Below, one piece after another: positions 1-9,831 of a DNA stretch of 64,000 nt (the stretch's first letter is position 1; each line of letters opens with the position of its first letter). The translations under genes were made by a program, and so were the position numbers. The DNA comes from Trichechus inunguis (lineage: Eukaryota): positions 28,141,733 to 28,205,732 of the forward strand of contig CM102154.1 of the NCBI GenBank assembly GCA_046562895.1, in the 5' to 3' direction. The notes beneath the pieces were generated by a model that worked only from the letters and a program-made list of their open reading frames with translations, was not told the DNA's origin and ran no database searches.

Positions 1-612
1 CTTATTAAACAGTTAGTACACATAATGTTTTATGACATTGGTTAACAACCCCACAGCATGTCAAAACTCTCCCTTCTCGAACTTGGGTTCCCTATTACCA
101 GCTTTCCTGTCCCCTTCTGCCCCCACCACCTGGGCTTGTGTGCCCCTTTAGTCTTGTTTTGTTTTATGGACCTGTCTAATCTTTGGCTGAAGGGTAAACC
201 TCAAGAGTGACTTCATTACTGAGCTAAAAGGGTGTCTGGGGGCTGTACAGGGTTTCTCCAGTCTCTGTCAGGTCAGTAAGTCTGGTCTTTTTTTTGTGAG
301 TTAGAATTTTGTTCTACATTTTTCTCCAGCTCTGTCTGGGACCCTCTGTTGTGTTCCCTGTCAGAGCAATCAGTGATGGTAGCCGGGCACCATCTAGTTG
401 TACTGGACTGAGTCTGGTGGAGGCTGTGGTAGTTGTGGTCCATTAGTCCTTTGGACTAATCTTTCCCTTGTATCTTTAGTTTTCTTTATTCTCCCTTGCT
501 CCTGAAGGGGTGAGACCAGTGGAGAGTCTTAGATGGCCGCTCACAGGCTTTTAAGACCCCAGACTCTTTTGTAACTTTTACAAAACCCTCTTAAACCACT
601 TCTTTAAAAGAT
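1..612 (-). mobile_element. L1 (LINE-1) 3' UTR fragment
   Basis: Reverse complement matches the long L1 3' UTR seen at 30240-31195 (gtctggggtcttaa(c/a)agc...gccatctaagat). Confidence 0.8.
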
Positions 613-692
613 TATGTTTTTTGAAAGTAGGATCATATTCAGTGTGTACTCATTCTTTCTTTGGCTTCTTTGCCCATTCTTCTTGTCCTTAG

Positions 693-857
693 CTTCTGTA
701 GCATTAAATGAAATTAAGAGAGTTAATAATGGCAACATAACTACAGAAGACTCTCCTCCTGCCAAGAAAACTCGAAGATGCAAGAAGCAGGGGGTGAGAA
801 AGGAACCTGTGGCTGGAGGAAAGACTGATAATTATGACAAGACAGAAGACAAGAAAG
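693..857 (+). CDS. PARP2: PARP2 exon 2 (N-terminal basic/NLS region)
   Basis: Acceptor ccttag at 687-692 (alternative ctgtag ends at 701). Encodes (S)VALNEIKRVNNGNITTEDSPPAKKTRRCKKQ...TEDKK. Donor gtcagc at 858. Consistent with ORF-track frame 614-874. Confidence 0.75.
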
Positions 858-1071
858 GTCAGCTTCACATGTAGGCCAGGGAGGACATGGACCAGCAAGA
901 GAGTCTCTGGGGGAGGAGAGCATATGTTGTTTCAATTCTTATTTCATCCTTCCTTGATATAATTAATTTCTCCAATTTCATTTTCATTTATTTGAGATGG
1001 ATTGATACCTAGGCAGAAGATCAGGATTGCTTGGGAAGGGCAAAGTTAATTGTGACAGGTTTCCATCTAAC

Positions 1072-1270
1072 CAGGAGTCTCTGGGTGTTGCAAATGGTTA
1101 ATGTGCCCAGCTGCTAACCAAAAGGCTGGTGGTTTGAGTTCACCCAGAGGCACCTCAGAAGAAAGGCCTGGCGATCTACTTCTGAAACATCAGCCATTGG
1201 AAACTATGAAGAACAGTTCTATTCATGGGGTCACCATGAGTCAGAATCAACGTAGTGGCAACTTTTTTTC
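1072..1270 (+). mobile_element. AfroSINE (tRNA-derived SINE)
   Basis: Contains gctgctaaccaaaaggctggtggtttgagt...gggtcaccatgagtcagaatcaacgtagtggcaac. Confidence 0.85.
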
Positions 1271-1336
1271 CATCTAACTGACAGCTACCTTTGATTTCCA
1301 TACAAGCAGCTATAGTACATATCTGTGTTTCCTCAG

Positions 1337-1407
1337 AATCTGTGAAGACCTTACTGTTAAAAGGCAAAGCTCCTGTAGACCCGGAGTGCACAGTCAAGGT
1401 GGGGAAG
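1337..1407 (+). CDS. PARP2: PARP2 exon 3
   Basis: tttcctcag acceptor. Encodes ESVKTLLLKGKAPVDPECTVKVGK. Donor gtgaga. Confidence 0.85.
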
Positions 1408-2030
1408 GTGAGAGACTCTAGAACTGATTGTCAGTCCACTGATTTCTCAGAAAGCAGTATTCTTTTGTTACTGGGATTCCTATCTGGGGCATTGCTTATA
1501 TTCATTTTAAGAATCCTTCTCTACAAAATATTGCTAGTGGTTTATTTTCTCCAAGGCCTAGGGGATGGGAGTGATAATTATCAGGGTGTTTTTAATGTGG
1601 TTTACATGTTGGGTTGTCATCGGCCTTCCACACCTCATTCTCTTGGTCAATCAGAAAATTGTATCATTATTAAGGGAGAACTGTCCTCTTTGTTCTAATG
1701 AGAGATGTGCCCTGGAACGGCATGTGTCACTGAGGAAAGGGAAAAAGATTTGAAGAATACAGAAGAAAGGCTGCCTCTGGAGCAGGCTTTCTTTAACTGA
1801 TTTATAATCGTTTGTGTTTCTATAATTAGAAAAAGGTAGCATGTTTTCATTAGAGTAACGATGGGCTATGTGTCCAAGAATGTATGTTTGCATTTCTTTC
1901 TCTGGAGGATAGTATGGTGGAGATTGGTGGTTCTGAAGAATGACACCTTGAGGCATAAGAAAATTCAGAGCCTCATTTAGGATCTACTCAAGGCTGAGAC
2001 TATACTAATGTCATTTTTTTTTCTCTGTAG

Positions 2031-2081
2031 GCCCATGTATACTGTGAAGGGAATGATGTTTATGATGTAATTCTAAATCAG
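2031..2081 (+). CDS. PARP2: PARP2 exon 4
   Basis: ttctctgtag acceptor. Encodes AHVYCEGNDVYDVILNQ. Donor gtaagg. Confidence 0.9.
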
Positions 2082-3296
2082 GTAAGGAGAGGAGCCATTC
2101 TATTTGTGGGAATTGCTTTTTGATAATTATTGATGACAGAGTCCCAACGCCCAGATCTTTAATTCTGTAATCCCTTATATTAGCCACTAGTGGTTAGTAC
2201 TCTCCTGTACTCAGCCCTAGTACACTTGACCTGATAGTGGAGTCCTCTATAAGAAGCAGATCTTTTTGCAGATTTCATGTCTTAAAAAAAAACTCTATTC
2301 ATATCCTTTTGTACATTTTCTAATAGATTGTTGGTCTTTTTCTTACTAGTTATAGGGAACTTTATCTAATATGGAGAATAGCCCTCTGTTATATAAATTG
2401 TAAATATGTTTTCCAAATTTGTCTTTTTGCCTGTGTTAGTTTCAAATTTTTATGTAGCTAAATTTATTAATTTATTTCTTTTTAACTGACCTTTTTCTCT
2501 TTAATTTTGTTGTTTTGAATAGATAATACATTTGCCCTCGTTAATGTATTTCCTGGATGTCTCTTCATATTTTAATTTATTGATTCACCATATATAATTT
2601 TAACAATTTCCTAGCATTCCCTAGTTACTATTTCTTCCACTTAAAATATCATGAGCAGATAGAAAAGATCTTAAGGCCTTTTTTTGTTCTAAACCCCTAT
2701 GACTATTATAATGTGAGCAGGCAGAAGGTGGAGGTAGGAAATGGCAGCATATTACCAAAGCAATGTGTCTGAATAACCAGGGCTGTGCCTTATCCTGGAC
2801 TTCTCCCTTGCTTCACTTTGAGTTCTGGTTACTTACAGGATATCTCTTTTTGGACACTAGTCACATTCACTCTGATTGTCTCTAAGTAAGGTGACGTTAG
2901 GTGTGGGATAGATGTGTTAGTGGTTCCTGCCTGGCCTTTGTCCCCTCCTAACATTGTCCTGCTCTCAGCTCATTGTTAAATTTCTATAGCTAACAAACCA
3001 AGGCTGTAATTAGAACTATCAAAGAGTAAGTCTTCTGAACAAAAGTATAATTATTATCAACCTTTGGGGCATAACAATTATTACCACATAATAATTGTTT
3101 CCATTTGGAAAATGGTCATTGGAAATGAACTGGGGACTAGAAAATACAGGTGGTCTAGGGAATGTCTACGGAGGAAGCTGAGGCAGGAGCCAATATAGGA
3201 TATTTGAGGTTAGGTTAAGGGTTTTAGGAAGTTTCCCGGCTCCCACTTTAATTCCTAGAAATCCAAAGTCTAATATATGAACCCTATTTGTTCCTT

Positions 3297-3505
3297 AAGG
3301 AGCCCTGGTGGCACAGTGGTTTAGCACTCAGCTGCTCACTGAAAGGTCAGTAGTTCAAACCTAGTAGCCGCTCTGTGGGAGAAAGATGTGGCAGACTGCT
3401 CCAGTAAAGGTTACAGCCTTGGAAACCCTATGCGGCAGTTCTACTCTGTCCAATAGGGTCGCCATGAGTCAGAATCGACTCAATGGCAACGGGTTTGGGT
3501 GGTGG
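3297..3505 (+). mobile_element. AfroSINE, near full length
   Basis: Contains ggagccctggtggcacagtggtttagcactcagctgc...tagggtcgccatgagtcagaatcgactcaatggcaacgggtttgg. Confidence 0.9.
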
Positions 3506-3679
3506 TTTTGATTGCTTCCTTATATCCTTACTCTTATAGGAAATCTAATTTTCTTGCCCATGCTATCCTTTTTCTTATGGAAATTAATAGTATCTGTTAC
3601 CAAGGAGCAGTCATTAGTATATGTGGCTCCATTTGCATACCTATCTCTTTATATACATAGTTTATTTCTTCTACTATAG

Positions 3680-3776
3680 ACCAATCTCCAGTTCAACAAC
3701 AACAAGTACTATCTGATTCAGCTGTTAGAAGATGATGCCCAGAGAAACTTCAGTGTTTGGATGAGATGGGGCCGAG
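3680..3776 (+). CDS. PARP2: PARP2 exon 5 (WGR domain)
   Basis: Encodes TNLQFNNNKYYLIQLLEDDAQRNFSVWMRWGR. Donor gtaatg. Confidence 0.9.
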
Positions 3777-4493
3777 GTAATGACTTTTATTATGGATTTT
3801 CTGAGTTGTCATTCAGAAAATCAAAAGCAGCTTAGTGAGTGGCCAAAGGATCCTCTGGGTTTAAACTGGTTAGATGGAGATTCTAAAGTCTGCACGGGAC
3901 TTAGAAATCAAGTTGGGCTTCTAGAAACTAGGAAGTGGCAGACCTCCTCATTAGGAAGTTCCCATTGAAAAAGCTAAAAGCAGCCCATGGAGACTGAGAA
4001 CTCTCCTTAGATTGGTCTGCGAGTGTTGTTCAAAAATACAGCAATTAGCTTGTAACGTGTATCAACATGATCAGTTCTCTAAGCCCTTTCACCTTTCTCT
4101 TCTCCCTTTCCTTCCCATTTGTGAGATACTAAGCAGAAAGACCTTAAAGAGTCTAAATTTTGCTTATTTAAATAAGTCCTTACTGTAGCATAGTGACACC
4201 TAAGATTTTCAGGTGTACTGTGATATAGTGAAAGTTTTGTGGAAAGCAACATACTGACTTCAGAGGCTTGGAGAGTTACAGAAACAACTGCATTTTGTTG
4301 CAGAGAAAATTGAATCTGCAGCAGTCTGCACACTCAGCAACTGGTTCAGGTGTGCAGCAGCACGCGTATTCAATGAGGAAAGGACAACCAGGTTTAAAAT
4401 CATGTTTCTCAGCCCCCTTGATTAGAGAATTCTTTCAGTATTTTCACACATAATATCTTCACTGCCAAATCAGTAAAATATGATTTTAATATC

Positions 4494-4506
4494 GGGGGGG
4501 GGGGGG
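4494..4506. repeat. G13 homopolymer in PARP2 intron
   Basis: Reads atcggggggggggggggagacc. Confidence 0.9.
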
Positions 4507-4596
4507 AGACCTTAGAGAGCTGTCTTGTTACTGTAACGGGACTCTTCATAGGTTGAGGGACGGAGAACCATCTTATGTGTGTCATTTACTTTGCAG

Positions 4597-4672
4597 TTGG
4601 GAAAACAGGGCAGCACAGCTTGGTGACTTGTTCAGGGGACCTCACCAAGGCCAAGGAAATCTTTCAGAAGAA
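4597..4672 (+). CDS. PARP2: PARP2 exon 6
   Basis: ttgcag acceptor. Encodes VGKTGQHSLVTCSGDLTKAKEIFQKK. Donor gtgagt. Confidence 0.9.
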
Positions 4673-5283
4673 GTGAGTGCTAAGTAACGAGTACAAAAAA
4701 TACTCTTTGTAGATATATCTCCTAAGATTATAATAAATACAATTTGGCCTAAATGTTAGTGTCTTTCCACTCATTCTTTGACTGGAACACCAAACAGTAT
4801 TCTTAGTTCAGCCTAGAACCTTGAAATTGACTAAGAACAGAAGACTAATAATATTCAATGCACGACCAAGAAATTTAGGAAATTTTGGAAAAGTGGAGAC
4901 CATTATGGGGTAGAGAATATCCAGCTCTGTTGTTATGATGTGGATGAAGAACTTTCTGGAATCTCTGGGAGCATGCTTCTTTCAGAGAAAGGGACTGGAT
5001 AAGCATTTTTTGTCTTAAATCTCGATGATTTTTATGATGTTTTTGTGCCTTTGGGAAGCCCACGGTCCTTTTTTCTCATTTTTTGTTCCCTTTGTCTCCA
5101 GAGCTTTCTGTCCATTCAGGGCCCTAATTTAGAATTCAGGATTTTTGGAAAGCTGATGCGTAAAGGAACTCTTTTGTGGGAGATAAAAATTTTGGAGGGG
5201 TCCTGTCTAAGGAAACAGTTGTAGGCTCTTCTCAGCATTAGTCCTTGATTTATAAGGTTTTCTCACCATCTTGGACCCTACAG

Positions 5284-5386
5284 ATTCCTTGACAAAACAA
5301 AAAATAATTGGGAGGATCGTGAAAAGTTTGAGAAGGTACCTGGAAAATATGATATGCTACAGATGGACTATGCTACCAACACTCAG
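5284..5386 (+). CDS. PARP2: PARP2 exon 7
   Basis: Encodes FLDKTKNNWEDREKFEKVPGKYDMLQMDYATNTQ. Donor gtaaac. Confidence 0.9.
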
Positions 5387-5696
5387 GTAAACTCTGACTC
5401 GTATCTTTAGGGGAAAATCTGTTTCCTCTTAACCAGAGTGAAGTCTAGCAGAATGGCATAGATCAGGTCTGAGACTGGAACGTGCCAGGATACTTTGAGT
5501 CATTGCTGTTTCTTACCTAAGAAAGGATGACAGTTCCTTCAGGAGTAACTCACCGATCTTTGTAATCTTGTAGGGGCTTTAAGAATGAGGATAGAATATG
5601 GCTTTCAAGTCTCTGTTGTCTACTAAGGTTCTTTTAAAATCTTAGGTCCTCTTTCCAGAAGTTTAATGTCATGGATCAAGAGAAAGAAAGAAAAAA

Positions 5697-5757
5697 AGTT
5701 GCTGTCAAGTCAATTTTGGGCAATCTCGTGTGTGTCAGAGTAGAACTACGCTCCATG
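5697..5757 (-). mobile_element. AfroSINE fragment
   Basis: Contains gttgctgtcaagtcaatttt...gtcagagtagaactacgctccatgg. Confidence 0.6.
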
Positions 5758-5999
5758 GATCAAGAGAGGAGTAATAAATAGACTAATAAAAGTATATTTA
5801 AAGTTGTCTTCACTTCTGGTTATATGTCACAGCAAAGAAAGTTAATTTTGACAAACTGAGATGCAACCAGGATGGAGACAACTGTCTTAAAAACTGTCAC
5901 ATATCTGAAAAAAATGGAGAAATTTTAGTCTTTTTCAGTTGAGAGGATTTGAGACACAATAGCTGTCTTTAAATACTTAAAGAACTATAATATTAGGAG

Positions 6000-6185
6000 A
6001 GCATTTTAATTAATTTTTCTGTTTTTAATGTGCTTTAAATGAAGGTTTACAGAGCAGATTAGTTTCTCATTAAACAATGCACATACTGTTTTGTGACATT
6101 GGTTGCCAACCTCATGACATGTCAACACTCTCCCGTTCTCAACCTTGAGTTCCCTATTATTAGCTTTCCTGTCCCCTAGAAGGAC
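6000..6185 (-). mobile_element. L1 3'-end fragment
   Basis: Shares gtgacattggttgccaacc...catgtcaacactctccc motif with 1-130 and 37500-37640. Confidence 0.6.
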
Positions 6186-6400
6186 ATTTTTAGACAATAT
6201 TATTCTGAGTTTTTAGCTGTAGGAGGCAGAGCTAGGACTAGAAAGTAGAAGTTACACTGAGTGACTCCAAGCATGTTAATAATGGAATGGTCTTGGGTTC
6301 AAATAGAGGCCGACTGATGATCATCTGCCACGGACATTGTAGAGCCATTCCTTACAAGGAAAAATCAGTCCTTTCAGACTTTATGATTTTTTTGCAATAG

Positions 6401-6563
6401 GGTGAAGAGGAAACAAAAGAAGAGGAATCTCTTAAATCCCCCTGGAAACCGGAGTCGCAGCTAGATCTTCGGGTACAGGAGCTGATAAAGTTAATTTGTA
6501 ATGTCCAGGCCATGGAAGAGATGATGGTAGAGATGAAGTATGACACCAAGAAAGCCCCACTTG
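6401..6563 (+). CDS. PARP2: PARP2 exon 8
   Basis: Encodes GEEETKEEESLKSPWKPESQLDLRVQELIKLICNVQAMEEMMVEMKYDTKKAPLG. Donor gtagga. Confidence 0.88.
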
Positions 6564-6789
6564 GTAGGACTTCAGATTCTGCCCTACATTCTTTCTTTGT
6601 ATTTCCTAGTTTCTTTAATGGGATATTCCATCACCATTATGATTGTACTGAATGAGGAAGAGGGATTTGGGGTAAAAGGTTGTGGGAGAAGGGGGTTTAT
6701 TTTGAAAGTCTTTTGTTGGACAGGGACCTAAGTGCATGTTACAGGAGGGGACCCTATTTGTGAAGGCTGATCTCTGGCTGGGCCCACAG

Positions 6790-6928
6790 GAAAGCTGACA
6801 GTAGCACAAATCAAGGCAGGTTACCAGTCTCTTAAGAAGATTGAGGGTTGTATTCGGGCTGGCCAGCATGGACGAGCTCTCACAGAAGCATGCAATGAAT
6901 TCTATACCAGGATCCCACATGACTTTGG
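6790..6928 (+). CDS. PARP2: PARP2 exon 9
   Basis: cccacag acceptor. Encodes KLTVAQIKAGYQSLKKIEGCIRAGQHGRALTEACNEFYTRIPHDFG. Donor gtaagg. Confidence 0.9.
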
Positions 6929-7709
6929 GTAAGGCTGTGCTGTTACATCACTTTGTTCTTCTATCCCTTCCTGTCCCCTAAATCAACTAGCAGCAACTAT
7001 AATCCTTTAAATTTTTCATTTCTAAGGAAATTATTGTCTCGAATAGATACAGAACCAAAATAATTTATAGATAGCCTATTTAATCAGCTAACAAATACAG
7101 AAGGCAATCTCCTGGCCTGATTACAACCATATTCCCTGACCAAGTGGAAGTTACTGACTCAAGAGAAAGTAAGTCTAGTATCCAACCACCAAGTAAAATA
7201 CCTTCAAGCATATCACCCTCTTTTTGCTTTTCCTTAAAGTAACTATAACCACATTAACACCATTTCTGTGAACTCAAATGATATAGGCACATGAAATACA
7301 TTTTATCTTTGTTATTTCTATATGCTGGTTTTTATTCCTTATTTCTTTTTAAAACCTTAGGACTTTATGAGCAGTCTCAGGTCTACCTCTGCTTCTAGAC
7401 AGGACTATATCCAAAGTCTTCCATATTGGTGTCAATATACCTTATTAAAAAAAGATCCAATAAAAAAGAATTTCTATCCTAGTCCCAAGGGTCAAAATCT
7501 GTATAGTTTGTATTATCTCACTCAGAGTATATACATAATATCCTTTTATATATTTGGAAGTTAAAGTCTCTTTACAGATCCCTCTTTCAAATGAAACCCC
7601 TAGTTTCTCATACCTGCTTTCTAAAGGACCTATTCTTAGTCTCTTGTTTTCAGTCACATGCCCTTTGGCCACACATCTGAGAGCTCATGGGTTGTATCTC
7701 TGTCCTTAG

Positions 7710-7773
7710 ACTCCGTACCCCTCCACTAATCCGAACAGAGAAAGAACTATCAGAAAAAGTGCAACTACTAGAG
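7710..7773 (+). CDS. PARP2: PARP2 exon 10
   Basis: Encodes LRTPPLIRTEKELSEKVQLLE. Donor gtgaga. Confidence 0.9.
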
Positions 7774-7854
7774 GTGAGATACCTGTGGATTGGGAGGTAT
7801 TAAATCTCTAGTCCTAGGTTCCTCCCACATTGATTTTGTATCTCATCTCATTAG

Positions 7855-7989
7855 GCATTGGGAGACATTGAAATTGCCATTAAGCTGGTGAAAACAGAGC
7901 TGCAAAGTCCAGAACACCCATTGGACCAACACTATAGAAACCTACACTGTGCCTTGCACCCTCTAGACCACGCAAGTGATGAGTTCAAA
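7855..7989 (+). CDS. PARP2: PARP2 exon 11
   Basis: Encodes ALGDIEIAIKLVKTELQSPEHPLDQHYRNLHCALHPLDHASDEFK. Donor gtaaga. ORF 7858-8055 is in the same frame. Confidence 0.9.
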
Positions 7990-8259
7990 GTAAGAAAGAT
8001 GATCATTTCTTTTCACGCCCATAGATCCACTCTCTCCCATCCCACTGTTCTCTGACTGCTTCTGGTTAAGAGCAAACTATTGAATAGGACAATTTTTATT
8101 TACTAGGAATTTGGGTACTAGAGCTCTTTCTAACTGCCTTGTGAGACCATTTGGGAACAGAAAACTCTGCCAAGTTATACCAGAAGCCATGATGTCCTTT
8201 AGCTCAGCCTGGTCTCTCTTAGAGTCCACAGCAGCCATTCCTTTCATCCTTTTTCACAG

Positions 8260-8387
8260 GTGATTTCCCAATACCTAGAGTCTACTCATGCTCCCACACA
8301 CAGTGACTACACCATGACCCTGCTGGACGTATTTGAAGTAGAGAAGGAGGGTGAGAAAGAAGCCTTCAGGGAGGACCTTCATAACAG
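8260..8387 (+). CDS. PARP2: PARP2 exon 12 (catalytic domain start)
   Basis: Encodes VISQYLESTHAPTHSDYTMTLLDVFEVEKEGEKEAFREDLHN. Donor gtctga. ORF 8260-8484 begins at the exon start. Confidence 0.9.
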
Positions 8388-8565
8388 GTCTGAGTCTGCT
8401 CTGAGTTTGGAAAGACAGTCCCTGTCTTCCTTACTCTCTAGGCCTTGCCTGAAGTGCAGTTGTGGAAATTATGGAGGAGGGTGACAGAGGCAGCTGTTGG
8501 CTTTTTTATGCTCATGGCAGGAGAGCAATAGAGAGTACATGTTGACAATAATGGCTTTTCCTTAG

Positions 8566-8665
8566 GATGCTGCTCTGGCATGGTTCCAGGCTAAGTAATT
8601 GGGTGGGAATCCTGAGCCACGGGCTTCGAATTGCCCCACCTGAGGCTCCCATCACAGGTTACATG
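8566..8665 (+). CDS. PARP2: PARP2 exon 13
   Basis: Encodes [34 protein letters not shown]. Donor gtgagt. Confidence 0.9.
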
Positions 8666-8996
8666 GTGAGTAGAAGTTGAAACAGGGAAGGAGGCACAGG
8701 GAAAAGGATGCAGTAATTTTCCTAGCTTAGGATTAGGTGGTGCCCTTCTCCAAGAATTAAACCAGCTCACTGATAACCCTGCCATTTCTTACCCCGTTTC
8801 TTTTTCTTTGATTTCCTAAAGCTATCCCTCCTTTTCCCAGAAAGCAGAAATTCACAGATGGTTCTACCCTCCCTGCAATAGGATTTTGGGGGGAATTTGT
8901 GTTTAAGAGAATGGAAACACAGGGTCAGTGGTATGAGCCTTCCTTCTAACACAATAGGTTAAGCTGGTGATCTTGATGTTTATTTGTATATTTCAG

Positions 8997-9095
8997 TTTG
9001 GAAAAGGAATCTACTTTGCCGACATGTCTTCCAAGAGTGCCAATTACTGCTTTGCCTCTCGCCTAAACGACACAGGACTGCTGCTCTTATCAGAG
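8997..9095 (+). CDS. PARP2: PARP2 exon 14
   Basis: Encodes [33 protein letters not shown]. Donor gtaagg. Confidence 0.9.
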
Positions 9096-9334
9096 GTAAG
9101 GCAGGAACACATCTGTGATCTCTAGTTTACTATTAGTTTCTATTTTTCCAAAGAGAAAAGTTGGGCCCCAGATCGAAGAGGGAAGAACTTGATAGGGGAG
9201 CCAAGTGCAATTCCCATTGCATTGCATTCCTCTGCTGGAGCTGGAGAAGAAACTGCTGGTGGGCTTTTCTGTTGGCTTTAGAGACATCTAATCCTCAGTA
9301 GGACATGAGCATTCAAAGATCTTTTGCTTTGCAG

Positions 9335-9459
9335 GTAGCTCTAGGTCAGTGTAATGAACTACTAGGGGCTAATCCTGAGGCAGAAGGATTACTTCAGGGC
9401 AAACACAGCACCAAGGGGCTGGGCAAGATGGCTCCCAGTCCTTCAAGCTTCATCACCCT
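9335..9459 (+). CDS. PARP2: PARP2 exon 15
   Basis: Encodes VALGQCNELLGANPEAEGLLQGKHSTKGLGKMAPSPSSFIT. Donor gtgagt. Confidence 0.88.
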
Positions 9460-9577
9460 GTGAGTACTCAGAGCCAAGAGGCCCAGATGCCTGTTTGGCC
9501 AGATAAGGTTCTCTCCTTCCTCTATTCCAACTTCTGCACCAGAGGCTGCTGTTGACACACCTTTTTCCATTTGACAG

Positions 9578-9737
9578 GAGTGGGAGTACAGTGCCCTTAG
9601 GACCAGCTGGTGACACAGGAGTTCTGAATCCAGAGGGTTATACTCTCAACTACAACGAATTCATCGTCTATAACCCCAACCAGGTCCGTATGCGATACCT
9701 TCTGAAGGTTCGATTTAATTTCCTGCAGCTCTGGTGA
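9578..9737 (+). CDS. PARP2: PARP2 exon 16 (terminal coding exon; TGA at 9735-9737)
   Basis: Encodes LSGSTVPLGPAGDTGVLNPEGYTLNYNEFIVYNPNQVRMRYLLKVRFNFLQLW*. Matches ORF 9552-9737. Confidence 0.92.
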
Positions 9738-9825
9738 ATGTTTATATTGAATAACCCAGGGAATATATGATCTTCAATCAAGAAAACAGGCAATGTTATA
9801 CTTCTGAATTTTTGATATTTTATGT

Positions 9826-9831
9826 AATAAA
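9826..9831 (+). terminator. PARP2: PARP2 polyadenylation signal AATAAA (cleavage expected ~9845-9855)
   Basis: Canonical AATAAA 89 nt after the stop. Confidence 0.7.

Noticed and set aside
1-612. Looked for PARP2 exon 1 and the divergent RPPH1 (RNase P RNA) gene at the window start
   Set aside because: The first 612 nt are an L1 3' UTR fragment. There is no GC-rich promoter, no MAARRRR-encoding exon and no RPPH1-like sequence, so they must lie upstream of the window.
3297-3505. tRNA-like sequences with A-box (tggcacagtggtt) and B-box (ggttcaaac/gttcgaatc) motifs, repeated ~30 times across the window
   Set aside because: They are AfroSINE retroposon copies. They are multicopy, in both orientations, with a conserved non-tRNA tail and no cloverleaf-compatible 3' end, so they are not tRNA genes.
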